Below are positions 1 through 12,639 of a stretch of 64,000 nt of DNA, piece after piece. The notes beneath the pieces were generated by a model. The model was not told the origin of the DNA. It did no database searches and was given only the letters and a program-made list of their open reading frames with translations. The position numbers were made by a program, and so were the translations under genes. The number at the start of each line of letters is the position of its first letter. Within the stretch, counting starts at the first letter, position 1. Source of the DNA: Flectonema sp. DT1601 (taxonomy: Eukaryota); assembly GCA_964019425.1 (NCBI GenBank), contig OZ025800.1:1-64000 (forward strand), read 5' to 3'.

Positions 1-3000
1 CGGGTTTGCGGTTTTGCGGGTTTGCGGTGTTTGCGGGTTTGCGGGTTTGCGGTCTTTCGGTTTGCGGGTTTGCGGGTTTGCGTTTGCGGGTTTGCGGGTT
101 TGCGGGTTTGCGGGTTTGCGGGTTTGCGGGTTTGCGGGTTTGCGGGTTTGCGGGTTTGGTTTGCGGGTTTGCGGGGTTTGGCGGGGTTTTGCGGGTTTGC
201 GGGTTTGCGGGTTTGCGGGTTTGCGGGTTTGCGGTTTGCGGTTGCGGTTTTGCGGGTTTGCGGGTTTGCGGGTTTGCGGGTTTGCGGGTTTGCGGGTTTG
301 CGGGTTTGCGGGTTTGCGGGTTTGCGGGTTTGCGGGTTTGCGGGTTTGCGGGTTTGCGGGTTTGCGGGTTTGCGGGTTTGCGGGTTTGCGGGTTTTGCGG
401 GTTTGCGGGTTTGCGGGTTTGCGGGTTTGCGGGTTTGCGGGTTGCGGTTTGCGGTTTGCGGGTTTGCGGGTTTGCGGGTTTTGCGGTTGCGGTTTGCGGG
501 TTTGCGGGTTTGCGGGTTGCGGTTTGCGGGTTTGCGGGTTTGCGGGTTGCGGGTTTGCGGGTTTGCGGTTTGCGGGTTTGCGGGTTTGCGGCGGTTTGCG
601 GGTTTGCGGGTTTGCGGGGTTTGCGGGTTTGCGGGTTTGCGGGTTTGCGGGTTTGCGGTTTGCGGGTTTGCGGTTTGCGGGTTTGCGGGTTTGCGGTTTG
701 CGGGTTTGCGGGTTTGCGGGTTTGCGGGTTTGCGGTTTGCGGTTTGCGGGTTTGCGGGTTTGCGGATTGCGGTTTGCGGGTTTGCGGGTTTGCGGGTTTG
801 CGGGTTTGCGGGTTTGCGGGTTTGCGGTTGCGGTTTGCGGTTTGCGGGTTTGCGGGTTTGCGGGTTTGCGGTTTGCGGTTTGCGGGTTTGCGGGTTTGCG
901 GGTTTGCGGGTTTGCGGGTTTGCGGGTTTGCGGGTTGCGGTTTGCGGGTTTGCGGTTCGGTTTGCGGTTTGCGGGTTTGCGGGTTTGCGGGTTTGCGGGT
1001 TTGCGGGTTTGCGGGTTTGCGGGTTTGCGTTTTGCGGGTTTGCGGGTTGCGGGTTTGCGGGTTTGCGGGTTTGCGGGTTTGCGGGTTTGCGGTTTGCGGT
1101 TGTTTGCGGGTTTGCGGGTTTGCGGTCGGTTTGCGGGTTTGCGGGTTTGCGGGTTTGCGGGTTTGCGGTTTGCGGGTTTGCGGGTTTGCGGGTTTGCGGG
1201 TTTGCGGGTTTGCGGGTTTGCGGGTTTGCGGGTTTGCGGTTTGCGGGTTTGCGGGTTTGCGGGTTTGCGGTTTGCGGGTTTGCGGGTTTGCGGGTTGCGG
1301 GTTTGCGGGTTTGCGGGTTTGCGGGTTTGCGGGTTTGCGGGTTTGCGGGCGGTTTGCGGGTGTTTGCGGGTTTGCGGGTTGCGGGTTTGCGGGTTTGCGG
1401 GTTTTGCGGGTTTGCGGGTTTGCGGGTTTGCGGGTTTTGCGGGTTTGCGGCGTTTGCGGGTTTGCGGGTTTGCGGTTTGCGGGTTTGCGGGTTTGCGGGT
1501 TTGCGGGTTTGCGGGTTTGCGGGTTTGCGGGTTTGCGGTTTGCGGGTTTGCGGGTTTGCGGGTTTGCGGTTTGCGGGTTTGCGGGTTTGCGGGTTTGCGG
1601 GTTTGCGGGTTTGCGGGTTTGCGGGTTTGCGGGTTTGCGGGTTTAGCGGGTTTGCGGGTTTGCGGGTTTGCGGGTTTGCGGGGTTGCGGGTTTGCGGGTT
1701 TGCGGGTTTGCGGGTTTGCGGGTTTGCGGGTTTGCGGGTTTGCGGGTTTGCGGGTTTGCGCGGGTTGCGGGTTTGCGGGTTTGCGGGTTTGCGGGTTTGC
1801 GGGTTTGCGGGTTGCGGTTTGCGGGTTTGCGGTTTGCGGGTTTGCGGGTTTGCGGTTTTGCGGGTTTGCGGGTTTGCGGGTTTGCGGGTTTGCGGGTTTG
1901 CGGGTTTGCGGGTTTGCGGGTTTGCGGGTTTGCGGGTTTGCGGGTTTGCGGGTTTGCGGGTTTGCGGGTTTGCGGGTTTGCGGGTTTGCGGGTTTGCGGG
2001 TTTGCGGGTTTGCGGGTTTGCGGGTTTGCGGGTTTGCGGGTTTGCGGTTGCGGTTTGCGGGTTTGCGGGTTTGCGGGTTTGCGGGTTTGCGGGTTTGCGG
2101 GTTTGCGGGTTTGCGGGTTGCGGGTTTGCGGGTTTGCGGGTTTGCGGGTTTGCGGGTTTGCGGGTTTGCGGTTTGCGGGTTTGCGGGTTTTGCGGGTTTG
2201 CGGGTTTGCGGGTTTGCGGGTTTGCGGGTTTGCGGGTTTGCGGGTTTGCGGGTTTGCGGGTTTGCGGGTTGCGGTTTGCGGTTTGCGGTTTGCGGGTTTG
2301 CGGGTTTGCGGTTCTTGCGGGTTTGCGGGTTGCGGGTTTGCGGGTTTGCGGGTTTGCGGGTTTGCGGGTTTGCGGTTTGCGGGTTTGCGGGTTTGCGGGT
2401 TTGCGGGTTTGCGGGTTTGCGGGTTTGCGGGTTTGCGGTTTCGGTTTGCGGGTTTGCGGGTTTGCGGTTTGCGGGTTTGCGGGTTTGCGGTTGCGGTTTG
2501 CGGGTTTGCGGGTTTGCGTTGCGGTTTGCGGGTTGCGGTTTGCGGGTTTGCGGGTTTGCGGGTTTGCGGTTTGCGGGTTTGCGGGTTTGCGGGTTTGCGG
2601 TTGCGGTTTGCGGGTTTGCGGGTTTGCGGGTTTGCGGGTTGCGGGTTTGCGGGTTTGCGGGTTTGCGGGTTTGCGGGTTTGCGGTTTGCGGTTTGCGGTC
2701 GTTTGCGGGTTGCGGTTTGCGGGTTTGCGGGTTTGCGGTTTGCGGTTTGCGGGTTTGCGGGTTTGCGGGTTTGCGGGTTTGCGTGCGTTTGCGGGTTTGC
2801 GGGTTGCGGGTTGCGGGTTTGCGGGTTTGCGGGTTTGCGGGTTTGCGGGTTTGCGGGTTGCGGGTTTGCGGGTTTGCGGTTTGCGGTTTGCGGGTTTGCG
2901 GGTTTGCGGGTTTGCGGGTTTGCGGTTTGCGGGTTGCGGGTTTGCGGTTTGCGGGTTTGCGGGTTTGCGGGTTTGCGGGTTTGCGGGTTTGCGGGTTTGC

Positions 3001-5390
3001 GGGTTTGCGGGTTTGCGGGTTTGCGGGTTGCGGGTTGCGGTTTGCGGTTTGCGGGTTTGCGGGTTTGCGGGTTTGCGGGTTTGCGGTTGCGGGTTTGCGG
3101 GTTTGCGGGTTTGCGGGTTTGCGGGTTTGCGGGTTGCGGGTTTGCGGGTTTGCGGGTTTGCGGTTTGCGGGTTGCGGGTTTGCGGGTTTGGCGGGTTTGC
3201 GGTTTGCGGGTTTGCGGTTTGCGGGTTTGCGGGTTTGCGGGTTTGCGGGTTTGCGGGTTTGCGGGTTTGCGGGTTTGCGGGTTTGCGGGTTTGCGGGTTT
3301 GCGGGTTTGCGGGTTTGCGGGTTTGCGGGTTTGCGGGTTTGCGGGTTTGCGGGTTTGCGGGTTTGCGGGTTTGCGGGTTTTGCGGGTTTGCGGGTTTGCG
3401 GGTTTGCGGGTTTGCGGGTTTGCGGGTTTGCGGGTTTGCGGGTTTGCGGGTTTGCGGGTTTGCGGGTTTGCGGGGTTTGCGGGTTTGCGGGTTTGCGGGT
3501 TGCGGGTTTGCGGGTTTGCGGGTTTGCGGGTTTGCGGGTTTGCGGGTTTGCGGGTTTGCGGGTTTGCGGGTTTGCGGGTTTGCGGGTTTGCGGGTTTGCG
3601 GGGTTTGCGGGTTTGCGGGTTTGCGGGTTTGCGGGTTTGCGGGTTTGCGGGTTTGCGGGTTTGCGGGTTGCGGGTTTGCGGGTTTGCGGGTTTGCGGGTT
3701 TGCGGGTTTGCGGGTTTGCGGGTTTGCGGGTTTGCGGGTTTGCGGGTTTGCGGGTTTGCGGGTTTGCGGGTTTGCGGGTTTGCGGGTTTGCGGGTTTGCG
3801 GGTTTGCGGGTTTGCGGGTTTGCGGGTTTGCGGGTTTGCGGGTTTGCGGGTTTGCGGGTTTGCGGGTTTGCGGGTTTGCGGGTTTGCGGGTTTGCGGGTT
3901 TGCGGGTTTGCGGGTTTGCGGGTTTGCGGGTTTGCGGGTTTGCGGGTTTGCGGGTTTGCGGGTTTGCGGGTTTGCGGGTTTGCGGGTTTGCGGGTTTGCG
4001 GGTTTGCGGGTTTGCGGGTTTGCGGGTTTGCGGGTTTGCGGGTTTGCGGGTTTGCGGGTTTGCGGGTTTGCGGGTTTGCGGGTTTGCGGGTTTGCGGGTT
4101 TGCGGGTTTGCGGGTTTGCGGGTTTGCGGGTTTGCGGGTTTGCGGGTTTGCGGGTTTGCGGGTTTGCGGGTTTGCGGGTTTGCGGGTTTGCGGGTTTGCG
4201 GGTTTGCGGGTTTGCGGGTTTGCGGGTTTGCGGGTTTGCGGGTTTGCGGGTTTGCGGGTTTGCGGGTTTGCGGGTTTGCGGGTTTGCGGGTTTGCGGGTT
4301 TGCGGGTTTGCGGGTTTGCGGGTTTGCGGGTTTGCGGGTTTGCGGGTTTGCGGGTTTGCGGGTTTGCGGGTTTGCGGGTTTGCGGGTTTGCGGGTTTGCG
4401 GGTTTGCGGGTTTGCGGGTTTGCGGGTTTGCGGGTTTGCGGGTTTGCGGGTTTGCGGGTTTGCGGGTTTGCGGGTTTGCGGGTTTGCGGGTTTGCGGGTT
4501 TGCGGGTTTGCGGGTTTGCGGGTTTGCGGGTTTGCGGGTTTGCGGGTTTGCGGGTTTGCGGGTTTGCGGGTTTGCGGGTTTGCGGGTTTGCGGGTTTGCG
4601 GGTTTGCGGGTTTGCGGGTTTGCGGGTTTGCGGGTTTGCGGGTTTGCGGGTTTGCGGGTTTGCGGGTTTGCGGGTTTGCGGGTTTGCGGGTTTGCGGGTT
4701 TGCGGGTTTGCGGGTTTGCGGGTTTGCGGGTTTGCGGGTTTGCGGGTTTGCGGGTTTGCGGGTTTGCGGGTTTGCGGGTTTGCGGGTTTGCGGGTTTGCG
4801 GGTTTGCGGGTTTGCGGGTTTGCGGGTTTGCGGGTTTGCGGGTTTGCGGGTTTGCGGGTTTGCGGGTTTGCGGGTTTGCGGGTTTGCGGGTTTGCGGGTT
4901 TGCGGGTTTGCGGGTTTGCGGGTTTGCGGGTTTGCGGGTTTGCGGGTTTGCGGGTTTGCGGGTTTGCGGGTTTGCGGGTTTGCGGGTTTGCGGGTTTGCG
5001 GGTTTGCGGGTTTGCGGGTTTGCGGGTTTGCGGGTTTGCGGGTTTGCGGGTTTGCGGGTTTGCGGGTTTGCGGGTTTGCGGGTTTGCGGGTTTGCGGGTT
5101 TGCGGGTTTGCGGGTTTGCGGGTTTGCGGGTTTGCGGGTTTGCGGGTTTGCGGGTTTGCGGGTTTGCGGGTTTGCGGGTTTGCGGGTTTGCGGGTTTGCG
5201 GGTTTGCGGGTTTGCGGGTTTGCGGGTTTGCGGGTTTGCGGGTTTGCGGGTTTGCGGGTTTGCGGGTTTGCGGGTTTGCGGGTTTGCGGGTTTGCGGGTT
5301 TGCGGGTTTGCGGGTTTGCGGGTTTGCGGGTTTGCGGGTTTGCGGGTTTGCGGGTTTGCGGGTTTGCGGGTTTGCGGGTTTGCGGGTTTG
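1..5390 (+). repeat. (TTTGCGGG)n octamer tandem array, telomere-like
   Basis: Direct reading. Frequent 1-nt indel variants up to ~3670, essentially perfect from ~3670 to 5390. Confidence 0.98.
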
Positions 5391-7734
5391 AGAAAGACAA
5401 AGGAGAACCAAGTTAACACGAAGCAACTCATTCACGAAGGGGTAATGGGAAAACGGCACCGCATGCTTGTACAATTGCATGTTCGACCACGGCCTAAAAT
5501 CGGCCGGGGGAAAGGTTGGCACCGTCACAGGGGTAGGGCGGGTGGGAAAACGCTTTGCGTTAAGACCCTTCCTAGCCTGAATAAATGAGTACAATGAAAT
5601 AATGATAAGAGAACAGTAAAATGATAAATCTGAAATAATAACAAGAGAACAAAAATGATACTTAAACAACATTTAATGTTGATCAATGAAAAGGAAAATA
5701 TTATAAGAGTATATCGTACTTCACTTGCCTTTTGTGCAGTTCCCAGTCTGAGTGTTGGGAACCGCTCGGCATTCTCAGTGAAGTACTGTTGAAAAGGAAA
5801 AGTCATAAAGGAGAGTCTGATAAAAACAATCACACGAATTAACCACATAACAAGATACTAGCATCATAAGCCTCATGTCGTCTTAGCTTTCCCATTTTCT
5901 CAGCTGAATAAAATGATGATGAGAAAGACAAAGGAGAACCAAGTTAACACGAAGCAACTCATTCACGAAGGGGTAATGGGAAAACGGCACCGCATGCTTG
6001 TACAATTGCATGTTCGACCACGGCCTAAAATCGGCCGGGGGAAAGGTTGGCACCGTAACACCACCACCACATCGCGAGTCAGAAAGGCCCTCACCGCAAG
6101 TTCAACTTCCCGCTGATGCTCCGATGAGCCTATAACTCCTGGATCCACCCTCGATGGCAAGTCTGCTGGGTTCAGCGCTGACTTCACATAAGCAATACAG
6201 AAACTAACCTTTCTGTCTGCCAGCACATCGATGGCCTGCACGACCGCATCGTTCAGCCGTTGCGATCGGACTGACATCTTCTTCCGTGCTACGCCAATGA
6301 CTGACGTGTTGTCGATCCAGATGGACATTCGTTTGCCATCACAGCAAACCGGCATCCCCGAGACCGTGTTCCTGAACGCCATCCCCTCGAGAACATTGAT
6401 GTGGAGCGACTGTTCCGAAGGACCCCACGCATCCCCCAAGACAGTAACCTCGGCCGTCCTGTCGTTCACAACCACTCCACCCCAACCTCTCAACGACGCA
6501 TCCACGAACGTCGTGAACTCATCCTGATCTGGCTCCCGCGCAACCACCCTCCTCGTCACAGCGGCAGCCGACCAACTGCGCAACTCCATCGCGACCGAAA
6601 CAGGGACCGACACTACATCATGCACCTGCCTCACCCCGCGGTTCAAACCGTTCGACAACCTCCGCAAGAACTTCAAGGCATACCAGTATTTCCCCGGAGA
6701 CGCCGCAGCGATCGCCGACGCATGCATCAGCCTCCCAGCCATCGACTCCAACTGACTCGCCGTCACAGACGACAAGTCCACCGCCGCCAACTTCCGCCGG
6801 ATCTTCGCTGACGGCATGACCGACGACGCCTCGTGGTCAAAGTCCACACCCAAAAATGTGTACTTGCTCACCGCCGTATTCGAGTCAGACGGCTTCCATG
6901 TAAGACGGAAGTCCGCCGCCGCAGCATCGAGATTCACCGTCGCCGCCAACACCGCGCCTTCCGTCCCCGTGTACCGAATGTTGTCGATGAACACGTCAAC
7001 GCCAACATCCCTGGCAGCCCACTGACGTCGCACGTAAGCTGGATCCCCCGCAGCCGCCGCTGCCAAAGAGTGCATCAGCTCCGGCGCGCAGACATGCCCC
7101 ATCGGCAAACGGCACAGCTCGAACCATTCACCCTCCGTCGTCTTGAATCGGAAGAGATCTCTCGCTTCCTCCGGGATTTCAATAGCATAAAAACCTGTCT
7201 TGAAATCCCGTGTCGAGCCAACCTCGGTCAGAACCCGATCCAAATATTTTGAGATGTGGAACAGCGGGACGTGAGCTTCGTAAGCTTCTTCGGCCCAACC
7301 ATTCGCATCCCTCGTCCAAAGGATGAACCGCTGCCGCAGTCCCTCCGGCTTCTCCTCCACCACGGTGAATGGAACGTTCACCGCTCTCCCCGGTCCACTC
7401 GCAGCTCGCGCGATCCCGTTCCTCAGCAACTCCGCAGCGTGCCTCCCAGCGAAAGATGAAGTAGACGACGAGCGACTCAACTTCCCCACCTCCGGGTAAA
7501 AGGTCAAGTTCCACACCTGATCGAACCTATCCCTCGCAACATCAGTCATCCTACTTCTGAGTCCGTCAACATCCATCGTCTCAACGCCACTCACATGCAA
7601 AGGCGACGAACGTTCCTCCGCCGTCGACGGCAGTCTTGTCCGCTTGCCCCTCCTGATGATGCTGTGCGTCGTGCACGGAGACAGCCGCGCCACCGCTTCC
7701 ATCGCCTCACCTTCGTCGTCAACGTCCTCCGCAA

Positions 7735-8871
7735 CTACAGCAGGATGGTGACCTTCCACGTTTGCAGCGCTCGGGCGGTGTCCACGAAATCCGACGAATA
7801 CCTGATCGTTGTTGCAGAGATGTTGGTTCCGTCTTCGGCGTGCTTCAACAGTCGTGATACCAGGTACCCTTCTGTGAGCCTTCCCTCGGCCATCGCTCGC
7901 ATCAAAGCCGCGGCGGCGCCTCGTTTTATCGAGTGGCCCGTAAAACCCCGCATTCCCGGAGTCCCCCGCCACAACTCTGCCAACCGCTCGGTGGTGACAT
8001 CCGTCAGCCGATCGAAAGGAGCCAGCTCCCGAAACAAGCTTGCGATCTCCCCGACCAGATCCCCCCGCAAGACCGCCCAACGGGACGGCACGAACGGGTT
8101 TGCTCTCCGGTGTTTTGGCGACGTCCCCCAGTCCACGATCACTTCCGCGTCCTCCACCAGAACGAAATGCGCCGACGTCAGCACGTGCACTTCTCCCCAC
8201 CGGGAAGCCGACTTCCAACACACCAGCGCCGCGAGCCTCAAACGTCCCGTTAGACTTCTCGCCCAACCCAACAGCTGCTCCTTTGACATGGGAACTGCTT
8301 GCGAACGCGGAACGGCCGCCCCTTTTGCCCTCAGCGCGCTTGCCAGGCTGAGGAGCGGTTGGTTTTCCAGACCAAGGTGTCGGTAGATCCCGGACAGCGC
8401 CTTTGCGTATTGCAGCTGTCCCTGCGGTCTCACGTCTGTGGCCAGCACGAACAACGCAGCTGTTTCGGCAGACATTGGCAGACGCTGAGCCAACGCCCAT
8501 TGTTCCAACCGACCCCAGAGGTTTCTGCGTTTCGACGAGGTTTCGTCCGCCCACATCGACGCGACGACCACCCCCAGGCGCTCCAACGCTGTGTCGTGGT
8601 CCACCCTTACTTCCATCGTGTCTCCACGGTGTCGATCGTCCCTCCGGATGTGTTCGAGGACCACCTTCCCGAAAACCGACGGAACTTCCACCTGCGCAGC
8701 GCATCTTCGTTTTCGGAATCCCTCTCGCGTACTCGCGCAAGGTCCCGGTGCGGCGACACTCGTTGACCCACGCTGCACTCCAGCTGGCACCGCGCCGACC
8801 AGGAGAGGCCGCGGTCCACTTGCCGCCCCTCCTCCCGCGACGCCCTCTACGGGTTCGTTTACGGCCAGGAT
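7735..8871 (-). CDS. Tyrosine recombinase of family 1 (same frame as gag, after one TGA)
   Basis: Catalytic residues R (SASRWGEV), K (SPKH), HxxR (GHSIKRG), H (LKH), Y (TIRY). The frame is open from the gag stop onward; true start unknown. Confidence 0.9.
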   Translation of the reverse strand: MLAVNEPVEGVAGGGAASGPRPLLVGAVPAGVQRGSTSVAAPGPCASTREGFRKRRCAAQVEVPSVFGKVVLEHIRRDDRHRGDTMEVRVDHDTALERLGVVVASMWADETSSKRRNLWGRLEQWALAQRLPMSAETAALFVLATDVRPQGQLQYAKALSGIYRHLGLENQPLLSLASALRAKGAAVPRSQAVPMSKEQLLGWARSLTGRLRLAALVCWKSASRWGEVHVLTSAHFVLVEDAEVIVDWGTSPKHRRANPFVPSRWAVLRGDLVGEIASLFRELAPFDRLTDVTTERLAELWRGTPGMRGFTGHSIKRGAAAALMRAMAEGRLTEGYLVSRLLKHAEDGTNISATTIRYSSDFVDTARALQTWKVTILL

Positions 8872-11058
<2,187 letters not shown>

Positions 11059-11279
11059 ATTAATTCTTAAAAACGCTTTGCGTTAAGACCCTTCCTAGCC
11101 TGAATAAATGAGTACAATGAAATAATGATAAGAGAACAGTAAAATGATAAATCTGAAATAATAACAAGAGAACAAAAATGATACTTAAACAACATTTAAT
11201 GTTGATCAATGAAAAGGAAAATATTATAAGAGTATATCGTACTTCACTTGCCTTTTGTGCAGTTCCCAGTCTGAGTGTT

Positions 11280-11815
11280 GGTTTGCGGGTTTGCGGGTTT
11301 GCGGGTTTGCGGGTTTGCGGGTTTGCGGGTTTGCGGGTTTGCGGGTTTGCGGGTTTGCGGGTTTGCGGGTTTGCGGGTTTGCGGGTTTGCGGGTTTGCGG
11401 GTTTGCGGGTTTGCGGGTTTGCGGGTTTGCGGGTTTGCGGGTTTGCGGGTTTTGCGGGTTTGCGGGTTTTGCGGGTTTGCGGGTTTTGCGGGTTTGCGGG
11501 TTTGCGGGTTTGCGGGTTTGCGGGTTTGCGGGTTTGCGGGTTTGCGGGTTTGCGGGTTTGCGGGTTTGCGGGTTTGCGGGTTTGCGGGTTTGCGGGTTTG
11601 CGGGTTTGCGGGTTTGCGGGTTTGCGGGTTTGCGGGTTTGCGGGTTTGCGGGTTTGCGGGTTTGCGGGTTTTGCGGGTTTGCGGGTTTTGCGGGTTTGCG
11701 GGTTTTGCGGGTTTGCGGGTTTGCGGGTTTGCGGGTTTGCGGGTTTGCGGGTTTGCGGGTTTGCGGGTTTGCGGGTTTGCGGGTTTGCGGGTTTGCGGGT
11801 TTGCGGGTTTGCGGG
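11280..11815 (+). repeat. (TTTGCGGG)n array between elements
   Basis: Direct reading; contains TTTT variants. Confidence 0.97.
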
Positions 11816-12639
11816 GAATCACTTTTTTAGGATCAGCCATAGTTCTGGTATGGAACTTTTGGGAGTAGAAAGTAAGATGAAGCAAGTTATAAAGATATAA
11901 CCTTGCAAAACTGGAATGTATACATGTACTAAAAGGAAAAGACTTGATAACTCATTCTTTCAATTTTATCTGCAGATGCTTTCTTTATTCTTACCCATTA
12001 AGACAAAGAATAAATAACTAAGAATGGAATATTGATGAGATACTACTACTTACGAAGGGGTGAAGGTGTGACCAAGTAATGGCGGTCGGCCATGGCCCGG
12101 CCGGGGGTTTAGGGAGGGTGGGAATTTTAAATTATTAAATTAATTTAAAGATGCAAGAATGCCTGGAAAGGCAGATAGGCATAAACGAATCAATCGTAAT
12201 GCACTATAAAAAAGATGGAAGAAACAAGTGGTCGTATTATACTATAGGCTCGACGAATCAATCATGTTGCACTATAATAAAATAAATGGTAAGACTGCTC
12301 ACATTAAGAACTGATAAGACAATGGATTGCTACATAGAAATTTGTATCATAAGAATAAAGTGGTGAACTACAGCGCTGATCCTGAGAGATTCCCATATTG
12401 GTGTTAGGGGAATCACTTTTTTAGGATCAGCCATAGTTCTGGTATGGAACTTTTGGGAGTAGAAAGTAAGATGAAGCAAGTTATAAAGATATAACCTTGC
12501 AAAACTGGAATGTATACATGTACTAAAAGGAAAAGACTTGATAACTCATTCTTTCAATTTTATCTGCAGATGCTTTCTTTATTCTTACCCATTAAGACAA
12601 AGAATAAATAACTAAGAATGGAATATTGATGAGATACTA

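Noticed and set aside
6..5588. Very long ORFs (GFAGLRVC / PANPQTRK repeats), also at 11.2-11.9, 17.0-18.0 and 20.5-21.0 kb
   Set aside because: Artefacts of a stop-free 8-bp tandem repeat read in all frames.
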